A stretch of DNA of 64,000 nucleotides. It comes from an uncultured Desulfatirhabdium sp. GTDB taxonomy: Bacteria; Desulfobacterota; Desulfobacteria; Desulfobacterales; Desulfatirhabdiaceae. A program made the translations under genes and the position numbers. The stretch is from positions 7,829 to 71,828 of the forward strand of contig CAZJXF010000001.1 of the NCBI GenBank assembly GCA_964549995.1, given 5' to 3'. Below the pieces are notes generated by a model. It was not told the origin of the DNA. It saw only the letters and a list, made by a program, of their open reading frames with translations, and made no database searches. This document shows, piece by piece, positions 56,668 through 64,000 of this stretch (positions within the stretch are counted from its first letter, which is position 1; each line of letters starts with the position of its first letter).

Positions 56668-56960
56668 GATGGGCTCGCAAAAAGTCCAAAAGTCTCATTC
56701 GAGTCGCATGGGGGAGACACGCCTTTTTCGTTGCATCGGATAAACTCAGCCGCCCGAGCTCGTAAGGGTCGGGCATGTGGCCAGACTTCAACGATAAGCC
56801 AATTGAAAGCAATATCTTGTTATTCAAACAGATATGGCTTGGTAGTCCATGCCCGTCCCAACGATCTCCGGCGGCTTCAAACAAGTATCCAATGCAACAT
56901 AAAAAGGCGTATCTCCCCCCATGTCCAGGCAAGGAAATCCCCCAAAATTGGGAAAACCAC
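56668..56960 (+). mobile_element. MITE-A copy (right TIR lost, approximate end)
   Basis: Starts GATGGGCTCGCAAAAAGTCCAAAAGTCTCATTCGAGTCGCATGGG..., 4 nt after the stop of the biotin-carrier gene. Confidence 0.8.
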
Positions 56961-56981
56961 CATGGAACGAAGGAGTAAGCA

Positions 56982-57656
56982 ATGAAGCGTTGGAAATGTA
57001 CCGTTTGCGGTTACATTCATACGGGAGAGGAACCTCCGGAGAAATGCCCGGTCTGCGGTGCGGATCGCAGCAAATTCGTTCTGCTCGAGGATGAACCGAT
57101 CGAAACGCCGAAAGCCGATGTGGTGGATACGACGGCAGCGGTAGCACCCGAAGAGAAGTCCGCCCCTGCCGAAAGCCGGGAAATCCTGGTAGAGGCGAAA
57201 AACGCCTTCGAACCGTATTACAAGATGTTGACGCAACTCATGGTGAAATACCATGCCCACCCCATTTCCGTGCATATTCCCAACGGTGTGTTGCCGGTGT
57301 CCTTTCTGTTTCTCGTTCTTGCCATGGCCCTCAACAGTCCGGCCCTGGATCGAACGGCCTTCTACAACCTGATCGTCGTCGTGCTGGCCATGCCGTGGGT
57401 GGCTTTTGCCGGGTACGTCGATTGGAAAACCGTCTACAACGGGAACCTGACCCATCTGTTTCTCGGGAAGATGGTCTGTGCGGGCGTCGTCTTTCTGCTC
57501 AGCCTGGTTCTGTGTGTCTGGCATGCGCTCGATGCCAATGTCGCCTTGGCGGGCTCTCCTTCCCGCTTCATTTATCTCTTCATCTACGTGCTGAATTTGG
57601 CGGCCGCCGTTGTGGCCGGTTTGTTGGGCGGCAGGCTGGTTTTCCCGAACCGCTAA
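56982..57656 (+). CDS. rubredoxin-type zinc ribbon fused to a 4-TM membrane domain (DUF2231-like)
   Basis: [32 protein letters not shown] followed by a hydrophobic C-terminal half. Confidence 0.7.
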   Translation: MKRWKCTVCGYIHTGEEPPEKCPVCGADRSKFVLLEDEPIETPKADVVDTTAAVAPEEKSAPAESREILVEAKNAFEPYYKMLTQLMVKYHAHPISVHIPNGVLPVSFLFLVLAMALNSPALDRTAFYNLIVVVLAMPWVAFAGYVDWKTVYNGNLTHLFLGKMVCAGVVFLLSLVLCVWHALDANVALAGSPSRFIYLFIYVLNLAAAVVAGLLGGRLVFPNR

Positions 57657-57675
57657 CCTGCAGGAAGGAAGAACC

Positions 57676-58029
57676 ATGCGGATCGATACGCGCAAATCGG
57701 AGGACCTGCTCATCGTCACCCCTTTGGACAACCGGATTGATGCTTCCATTGCACCGGATTTCAAGGGGCACATGCTGAACTGGATCAATGAAGGCAATTA
57801 CCGCATTCTGCTGGATCTCTATCACGTGGAGTTCATCGACAGCAGCGGATTGAGCGTGTTGGTCTCTACCTTGAAAGCTCTTGGCGGAAAAGGGGAATTC
57901 ATGCTGTGTTCGATCTGTGAAACCGTCATGAACCTCTTTCGTCTTACGCGGATGGACCGGATTTTCAAAATCTATCCATCCGTCGAAGAAGCGCTCAAGG
58001 CCGTCAAGGAGAACCATCAGAAGGAATGA
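57676..58029 (+). CDS. STAS-domain anti-sigma-factor antagonist
   Basis: ATG 57676. LDLYHVEFIDSSGLSVLVSTLK (DSSG phosphorylation motif). Confidence 0.8.
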   Translation: MRIDTRKSEDLLIVTPLDNRIDASIAPDFKGHMLNWINEGNYRILLDLYHVEFIDSSGLSVLVSTLKALGGKGEFMLCSICETVMNLFRLTRMDRIFKIYPSVEEALKAVKENHQKE

Positions 58030-58880
58030 GCGCAGACGGGAGAGGGATGGCGGATGGTCTTCCCAAAAGGCCATCTGATGACACGGCTGCCTGCAGCAGC
58101 GATATTTTGGCAATGGTCCAATCCGTCTCCCATCGGCCGACCCCTCATGAAATCGAGCTTCACCTGCGAAGGCGATATCCCCGTGCCCTCATCCGCAACA
58201 CCCTTCGGCATTTGATTCAGGAAGGGGAGCTGGCCTATGCTTCCCTTCACGGAAGACAGGTGCTCGAACCGTCCATTCATCGACGTATTCAGATCAGCCC
58301 CCACATCGCTCTTGCACCGGAAGGGCACTTCTCTCTGTCCTTCGGTATTACCGTCCGTTTACGCCACGGTGCGTCCTTCGGAACCGGACAGCATCCGTCG
58401 ACCCGGCTGGCTCTCAGACTGATGGATGATGTGTTTCATGTGGACGGAAACGAGCAACCTGTTCGCTTTAACCGGGTGCTCGATATCGGAACGGGTTCCG
58501 GAGTGCTGGCGATTGCGGCGCTTCTGCTGGGAGCAGGGGCGGCCACAGCTACGGACATCGATTCCTGTGCCCTATTTGAAACCCGACAAAATGCGGAAAT
58601 CAACGGTGTTGCCGATCGGATCACCGTTACCGATGCCCCGCTTGAAGACCTCTTCCCCTTCTTCCATCTGATTCTCGCCAATCTTCGTCCTCCCACCCTG
58701 CATGCGATTCTGCCGGAGCTTGTCCGCCTTTGTCCTCCCAAAGGGGTCGTCGTCTGTTCCGGCATGCGTTCCGAAGAACTTCCAGACATCGTTACACACT
58801 ATGCTTCCGGAGGTTTGGATCTCTGGGCCCTGTCCCATGAGGATGGCTGGGGGGCGGCCGTTTTCCGGATTCGTTCTTGA
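58026..58880 (+). CDS. prmA: ribosomal protein L11 methyltransferase-like
   Basis: GASFGTGQHPSTRLAL and VLDIGTGSGVLAIAA. A 4-nt overlap joins it to the STAS gene. Confidence 0.75.
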   Translation: MSADGRGMADGLPKRPSDDTAACSSDILAMVQSVSHRPTPHEIELHLRRRYPRALIRNTLRHLIQEGELAYASLHGRQVLEPSIHRRIQISPHIALAPEGHFSLSFGITVRLRHGASFGTGQHPSTRLALRLMDDVFHVDGNEQPVRFNRVLDIGTGSGVLAIAALLLGAGAATATDIDSCALFETRQNAEINGVADRITVTDAPLEDLFPFFHLILANLRPPTLHAILPELVRLCPPKGVVVCSGMRSEELPDIVTHYASGGLDLWALSHEDGWGAAVFRIRS

Positions 58881-58996
58881 AATCGGCCCCGAATTCCAGT
58901 AAAAGATGCTCCGGTTCACGTTCGATCGAGGAAGTTCCTATCGGATCGATCGAGTGGTCTTTCCCCCTCGAAATCCATCATGAGAGGAGTAAACCG

Positions 58997-59467
58997 ATGA
59001 CGACCCGCATTCTGGTTCCCATGGACGATTCTCCAAACGCCTTCCGAACGATCGATTTCATCATTTCCTGTTTCAAGCCGGACTGCAAGATCACCCTGTT
59101 CAGTGTCCTGCCCGACACAGCCGCCCTGTGCGACATGAACAGCCCGGAACTCACGCCGTATTTCGTCTCCCAACAGTCCAGTTTTTGTCAGCTCGAGATC
59201 AAAAAACGAGAACTCGTCACCGAGGCCCTCAACAAGGCGAAGAACGCCCTTCGGGATGCCGGCTTCGATCCCTTCAGCATCGAAATCAAGATTCAGAACA
59301 AGAAGGAAGGGGTGGCTCGCGACATCGTCAAGGAGGCCGGCAAGGGATATCAGGTAATCGTGATGGGTAGACGCGGACTTTCCGGTGTTCAGCAATTCCT
59401 GATGGGAAGCGTTTCTCAGAAAGTGCTCAACTCCGTTCGTGACATCAGTGTTGTGATCGCCAATTGA
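58997..59467 (+). CDS. universal stress protein
   Basis: ATG 58997 after GAGGAG. MTTRILVPMDDSPNA...VIVMGRRGLSGVQQFLMGSVSQKV. Confidence 0.8.
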   Translation: MTTRILVPMDDSPNAFRTIDFIISCFKPDCKITLFSVLPDTAALCDMNSPELTPYFVSQQSSFCQLEIKKRELVTEALNKAKNALRDAGFDPFSIEIKIQNKKEGVARDIVKEAGKGYQVIVMGRRGLSGVQQFLMGSVSQKVLNSVRDISVVIAN

Positions 59468-59490
59468 TGCCCTTGTAACCAGGCATTCTT

Positions 59491-59643
59491 GACGGCTTCG
59501 CAAAAAGGCCGGATGCTGTGTCGTGCTGCATCCTTCGTCGTTGCGGCGTACGTCTAAGTACGCCTCACTCCTCAGGATTTGCACTCCTTGCCTGCGGCCT
59601 TTTTGCAAAGCCGTCCATAGGATCGACTTTTTGCGAGTCCATC
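59491..59643 (+). mobile_element. MITE-B copy
   Basis: GACGGCTTCGCAAAAAGGCCG ... CGGCCTTTTTGCAAAGCCGTC ... GACTTTTTGCGAGTCCATC. Confidence 0.85.
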
Positions 59644-59950
59644 ACTCTTTCAGATCGGGCCGGTACACGGACGATTTATGGGGAACGCATCAGACGGATG
59701 GTTTCGCCCTTCCTTTTTTACGCAGGAATCCTGTTGAAGCTATCCGGGATTTGTGATAAGCGTTTCTGGATTTTAACTGGTCGACAGCCCTTTATCGGTC
59801 GGGTAGGTGTCGCTGTCTCTTTGTGGCTCATTTGAGAATCACCGGCTGTTTGCGAGACCATCAGAAGTACGGAGGCTGAAATCAAAGAGTCGATTGTGAC
59901 ATTCCCCGTTCATAGTCAGTGAAGGCCTTGCCTGCAACCAGACGGAAAGC

Positions 59951-60406
59951 TTGAAAGGACCCTATCGTATCATGAACCCATCCAAACCGTTTCAAATCGC
60001 CCTGGGTTGTGCCATTATCCTGTTCATCGTCGGTGTCTTCACCTATGTCGGATACTCCGAGAAGACTCCCGAGCGGCCTGTTCGGGTCGTGTTCAAAGGA
60101 ATCGCCGGAAACGTTCTCTTCGATCACAAAACCCATTCGGCAGACACCGGCTACGGTACATCCTGCAACGATTGCCACCACAATCCGCCCCACCTCGACG
60201 AGAAATACGGCCCCTGCTACAATTGCCACAAGCCTGAAGGCGACACCACCAAGCCCGAAGTCTGCAAGGATTGCCACGATCCCTCCGAAATCGAAGGGTT
60301 CCAGATGCTCAGCAAGACGGATGCCTATCATACCCAGTGCATTTCCTGTCACAAGCAGTTCGGTGCCGGGCCGACGGCCTGTGCCGAGTGCCATTCGACA
60401 TTCTGA
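59951..60406 (+). CDS. membrane-anchored pentaheme cytochrome c preceding rnf
   Basis: TTG 59951 or ATG 59972 as start. TM anchor FQIALGCAIILFIVGVFTYVGY. Five CXXCH motifs (CNDCH, CYNCH, CKDCH, CISCH, CAECH). Confidence 0.8.
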   Translation: MKGPYRIMNPSKPFQIALGCAIILFIVGVFTYVGYSEKTPERPVRVVFKGIAGNVLFDHKTHSADTGYGTSCNDCHHNPPHLDEKYGPCYNCHKPEGDTTKPEVCKDCHDPSEIEGFQMLSKTDAYHTQCISCHKQFGAGPTACAECHSTF

Positions 60407-60466
60407 TGGTCATCCGACAACCCGGCCGATGACTTCTCCAGCACCCCATCGGAAAGAAGGCGAACC

Positions 60467-61750
60467 ATGTTGAAAAAATCGTTTTTCGGCTTCCTCAAGC
60501 CCTGGATCACCTACGCGCCCCCTTCCAAAAAGCCCGTTGTTCCAAAGGAATTTCCCATTCCAGCCAGGTTGACATTCATCATCGACACGCCCTACACCAC
60601 AACGGCCAATGCCTTGCTGAAACCATCCGCAACGGTCAAAGCCTTTGAGAAAATGCGTGTCTATGAGGAAGATGCAGCGTATGCCGTCGCTTCTGCAGGA
60701 GGGAAAATCGTAGCGATCGAATCCTTCTTGGGGCCTTTCGGCAAAAAACAGACCCTCGTCACCATCAGCGTCGATCCGGCTGCAGCAGTGGATGAGACGT
60801 TCACACAGGCTGCAGCCGAAGCTTCGGCTGCCATCCTCACCGACCATCTCGCGTTCCTTCCCGGCAATCCCGGATTTTATCGACTGAAAAGCTCCCGACA
60901 ACCCATCTCTACCATCTTGATCTGTGCTGCGGACGCCGATCTGATGCTGGATACGCGGGCTCAGGTGATCAACAGCCGCTTCGAGGCCGTTCAAGAAGGG
61001 ATTCACCGCTTGCGGGACTTGACGGGCATCGAAGACATCCGAATCGCCGTACCGAAGGATTTCATTCATGGCTACGGTCACATCGGCGCAACGATGCACT
61101 TCGTGGATACCGTCTATCCGGCGGCCCTGCCCAACCGGATGGTTGAACAGGTCATGGGTGTCACGGTTCCTGCAGGTAAGACTCCGGAAGATCTCGGGAT
61201 TTTGCCGATCAGCGTCGAGGCCGTCGCAGCTCTGGCCGAATCGTTTGCAGAAGGACACCCTGTCTGCCGAAAGCTCCTGACGGTGGTTGCTCCGGATGGA
61301 AGTCGTCATATCGCTTCCGTGGTCATTGGAACACCCATCGGGGATGTGCTCGCCGCATTCGGCATCCCGGTATCCGAAGGCGATCGCCTGATTTCCGGCG
61401 GCCCGATGACAGGCACCCCGCTCTTTTCGTTGGATCAGCCCGTCACCCCCGATATGGATGGTCTTCTGGTGCAGGCAGGCAGTGAAATCCCATCCTACAC
61501 CGACACGCCCTGCATCAATTGCGGAGATTGCGTTCGGGTGTGCCCCATGCGCATTCAAGTGAACATGCTCATTCGGTTCCTCGAGGCCCGTCAATATCAG
61601 GAGGCTGCCGATCGCTACGACCTGCTCTCCTGTATCGACTGCGGCCTATGTACCTTTGTGTGCGTTTCCCGCATTCCCATCTCCCAATACATCGCCCTGG
61701 GCAAACACGAGCTGGCCCTGGCGCATTCGGCGGAGGAAGTCCATGAATAA
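60467..61750 (+). CDS. rnfC: RnfC-like subunit (divergent N-terminal/flavin region)
   Basis: Operon position before rnfDGEA. C-terminal CINCGDCVRVCP and CIDCGLCTFVC clusters. The flavin/NADH loop reads LPGNPGFYRLK rather than GGAGFPT. Confidence 0.75.
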   Translation: MLKKSFFGFLKPWITYAPPSKKPVVPKEFPIPARLTFIIDTPYTTTANALLKPSATVKAFEKMRVYEEDAAYAVASAGGKIVAIESFLGPFGKKQTLVTISVDPAAAVDETFTQAAAEASAAILTDHLAFLPGNPGFYRLKSSRQPISTILICAADADLMLDTRAQVINSRFEAVQEGIHRLRDLTGIEDIRIAVPKDFIHGYGHIGATMHFVDTVYPAALPNRMVEQVMGVTVPAGKTPEDLGILPISVEAVAALAESFAEGHPVCRKLLTVVAPDGSRHIASVVIGTPIGDVLAAFGIPVSEGDRLISGGPMTGTPLFSLDQPVTPDMDGLLVQAGSEIPSYTDTPCINCGDCVRVCPMRIQVNMLIRFLEARQYQEAADRYDLLSCIDCGLCTFVCVSRIPISQYIALGKHELALAHSAEEVHE

Positions 61751-62708
61751 CCCCAAATTCGTCGTATCCCCGGCTCCCTTCTGGCACGACGGCAGCAGTG
61801 TCACCGAACGGCATCTGCATAAGATCTATGCCGCCCTGCCCGCAGTTATCTTCGGAATCGGGATGTACGGTGTTCCGGCACTCGGTGTCGTGTGCCTGTC
61901 CGTTTCCATGGCCATGCTGTGGGAACTGCTGGCCAACCGCCTGATGGCAAGACCTTACAGCATCGGTGACGGCAATGCCGCACTGATCGGGCTGCTGTTT
62001 GCCATGCTGTCTCCTGCGACCGTTCCCTGGTGGGTGGTTGTGCTCGGCACATTTCTGGCCATTTTTGTCGGTAAGCAGATCTACGGAGGGCTTGGAGGAA
62101 ACCCCTTCCACCCCACCCTGATCGGCCTGGCCATGGTCATGATTTCCTGGAAAGCCCTCTTCGATTTCAATGCCGCCCTGGTTCACTACGATTTCGGCTT
62201 CAACATGGCTTATCCCCTTTCCATGATCAAGCAGCACGGCTCCGCTGCGGAAAACGCTTACAAGTGGTACGATCTGCTGCTGGGACGCCAGTCGGGAGGG
62301 ATTGGATCGACGTTTTCGATCGGGCTCATTTTGGGCGGCATCTACCTGATGCTTCGAGGATTCATCCGGTGGGAAATTTCCCTGTCCTTTTTGGCGGGCG
62401 TCTTTCTAACAGCCGCCGCCTTTCATGGAGCCAATCCAGTCAAGTACGCATCTCCGTTCTTTCATCTCGTTACCGGATACACCTTGATCGGCGCCTTTTT
62501 CCTGGCCACCGATGATTCCTCTTCTCCGGTGAACTTCCTGCCGATGATCCTCTACGGATTGGGGGCGGGTATCCTGACGGTTCTCATTCGCTGCATCGGC
62601 GCCTATGCCGACGGTGTGGTCTTCGCGATCCTCGTGTTCAATATCGCCAATCCGCTGCTGGACAAGATCCGGCCGGCGGCAGTGGGAAAGGTGAACGATC
62701 ATGCGTGA
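61743..62708 (+). CDS. rnfD: Rnf complex subunit D
   Basis: ATG 61743 overlaps the rnfC end. MNNPKFVVSPAPFWHDG..., polytopic NqrB/RnfD-like. Confidence 0.85.
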   Translation: MNNPKFVVSPAPFWHDGSSVTERHLHKIYAALPAVIFGIGMYGVPALGVVCLSVSMAMLWELLANRLMARPYSIGDGNAALIGLLFAMLSPATVPWWVVVLGTFLAIFVGKQIYGGLGGNPFHPTLIGLAMVMISWKALFDFNAALVHYDFGFNMAYPLSMIKQHGSAAENAYKWYDLLLGRQSGGIGSTFSIGLILGGIYLMLRGFIRWEISLSFLAGVFLTAAAFHGANPVKYASPFFHLVTGYTLIGAFFLATDDSSSPVNFLPMILYGLGAGILTVLIRCIGAYADGVVFAILVFNIANPLLDKIRPAAVGKVNDHA

Positions 62709-63303
62709 AATGGTGAAAATGGTGGTGGTATTGACGGTTTTGTGTTCGGTTTCGGGAGGACTTCTGGCGGCGCTGCGAGACGGCACCAAGGATCAGATCG
62801 AAAACCAACAGCTCGAATTCGTCAAGGGACCGGCCATTCGAAAGATTCTGGTGGAAGGGGCCGGAGCGACCAACGATCCGATCAAGGATCGCTTCAAGAT
62901 CAAGATCGGTGATCGGGAAGAAAGTTTCTTCGTCGGTGTGGTGAACGGCAAACCCAGCGTCGTGACCTTTGAAACTACCGGGAAGGGATTCGGTGGAAGC
63001 CTGGGTCTGGTGGTCGGTGTCGATGTGACGACGGACAAGATCGCCGGGGTGGCTGTGACCACCCACAGCGAAACACCCGGTATCGGTTCCCGAGCTCAGA
63101 CCGATGCCAAATTCACCAAACAGTTCGTCGGTATGCCGTTAAGTGGTGAATTCAAGGTCAAATCGGATGGTGGTAAGGTCGATGCCTTGTCCGGCGCCAC
63201 CGTCACCTCCCGCGGCGTATCAGGTGCCGTCACGCTGGCAGCTCAGCTCTATCAACAGGCCAAGCCGCAACTGGTCGAAAAACTTAAAGCCATGAACAAA
63301 TAG
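62701..63303 (+). CDS. rnfG: Rnf complex subunit G (FMN-binding)
   Basis: N-terminal anchor and the FMN attachment motif LSGATVTSRGV. Confidence 0.85.
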   Translation: MREMVKMVVVLTVLCSVSGGLLAALRDGTKDQIENQQLEFVKGPAIRKILVEGAGATNDPIKDRFKIKIGDREESFFVGVVNGKPSVVTFETTGKGFGGSLGLVVGVDVTTDKIAGVAVTTHSETPGIGSRAQTDAKFTKQFVGMPLSGEFKVKSDGGKVDALSGATVTSRGVSGAVTLAAQLYQQAKPQLVEKLKAMNK

Positions 63304-63311
63304 GAGAGGCT

Positions 63312-63905
63312 ATGGCGAAATCCATTGCACAGGAATTTACAAAAGGGTTGTGGGCGGAAATCCCGCCATTTCGCCTGGTATTGGGCCTTTGCCCTATCCT
63401 TGCCGTTACCAAATCCGTAGAAAACGGTATCGGCATGGGAATCGCCGTCACGTTCGTTCTGACGTGTTCCAACATCCTGGTGGCCCTGTTGCGAAAGGTC
63501 ATTCCATCGAAGGTTCGGATTGCCTGTTTCATTATCGTCATCGCCACCTTCGTCACCGTCGTCGAGCTGCTGATGCAGGCCTACACCTATTCGCTCTTCA
63601 TGAAGCTGGGTATCTTTATCCCACTCATTGTCGTCAACTGCATTCCTTTAGGACGGGCGGAGGCATTCGCTTACAAAAACGGTGTTCTGACCTCAATGGC
63701 CGACGGATTGGGGCTTGGAATCGGGTATGGCCTTTCTCTGACAGCCCTTTCCACCCTGAGGGAAGTTTTCGGTGTGGGAACATTTTTTGGTCATCCGGTT
63801 TTCGGTCCATCCTTCCAGCCCTTTACGTTCATGGTTGAAGCCCCCGGAGCTTTTGTCTGTCTTGGTCTTATGCTCTGCGTCATGAACGTACTCGGAAAGA
63901 AATAA
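63312..63905 (+). CDS. rnfE: Rnf complex subunit E
   Basis: LVLGLCPILAVT...IFIPLIVVNCIPLGRAEAFA is typical of RnfE/NqrD. Confidence 0.85.
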   Translation: MAKSIAQEFTKGLWAEIPPFRLVLGLCPILAVTKSVENGIGMGIAVTFVLTCSNILVALLRKVIPSKVRIACFIIVIATFVTVVELLMQAYTYSLFMKLGIFIPLIVVNCIPLGRAEAFAYKNGVLTSMADGLGLGIGYGLSLTALSTLREVFGVGTFFGHPVFGPSFQPFTFMVEAPGAFVCLGLMLCVMNVLGKK

Positions 63906-63981
63906 TGCGCAGCAGTCTCGGTGATCCGGATGTGCGACGGGGGGAATTTCGGCTGGAAGCTAAGTCCATAGGAGATGAGTC

Positions 63982-64000
63982 ATGAGCGATATTTTTGTGA
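63982..64000 (+). CDS. rnfA: probable start of rnfA (truncated by window edge)
   Basis: ATG after AGGAG gives MSDIFV.... Called by operon position only. Confidence 0.45.

Noticed and set aside
1-64000. Prophage, integrative element, defence island, selenocysteine recoding or frameshifted pseudogenes
   Set aside because: There are no integrase, transposase, capsid or terminase genes. No same-frame ORF pairs are split by TGA or by a frameshift. The gene content is core metabolism and envelope. The only defence-like items are the AbiEii-like pair and the speculative nucleosidase trio.

Overview
GC-rich 64-kb chromosomal segment. Its gene content looks like a strictly anaerobic, sulfate-reducer-type Desulfobacterota (Desulfobacterales-like) genome; this is inferred from gene content only. 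About 60 CDS are supported. In order they are: hcp plus Fe-S/HD genes, recD2, a TRAP transporter (dctQMP), an FG-GAP lipoprotein, three tandem paralogous beta-barrel porin-like genes, and an XRE / nucleosidase-like / Fe-S trio. Next comes a translationally coupled lipid A/core-LPS operon (two GT9, LpxL-like, GT2, radical SAM) and an AsmA/YhdP-like giant protein. An oxygen-defence island follows (rubrerythrin, desulfoferrodoxin, rubredoxin-like, flavodoxin, c7-like cytochrome, Isf fusion, rubredoxin, flavodiiron protein). The rest is gatB, glycosyltransferases, a tungsten-type aldehyde:ferredoxin oxidoreductase operon with divergent iclR, PiT/DUF47, an AbiEii-like toxin pair, rsmG, a sigma-54 activator, a Na+-translocating acyl-CoA decarboxylase cluster, STAS/prmA/usp, and a cytochrome c-rnfCDGEA cluster running off the right edge. 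I saw no rRNA, tRNA, CRISPR, transposase, integrase or phage genes. The most unusual feature is non-coding: intergenic regions are saturated with at least three interspersed repeat families (two MITE-like families and a mosaic element) plus 7-nt tandem arrays that often abut stop or start codons. The best protein-level candidates for undescribed biology are: (i) an XRE regulator followed by a 561-aa protein with an AMP-nucleosidase/PNP-like C-terminal domain and a wHTH-Fe-S protein; (ii) an OadG-like decarboxylase subunit with a roughly 190-aa secreted N-terminal domain; (iii) an Rnf cluster with a membrane-anchored pentaheme cytochrome and an RnfC whose flavin/NADH glycine loop looks degenerate. 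All functional calls rest on motif recognition by eye. No database search was run.
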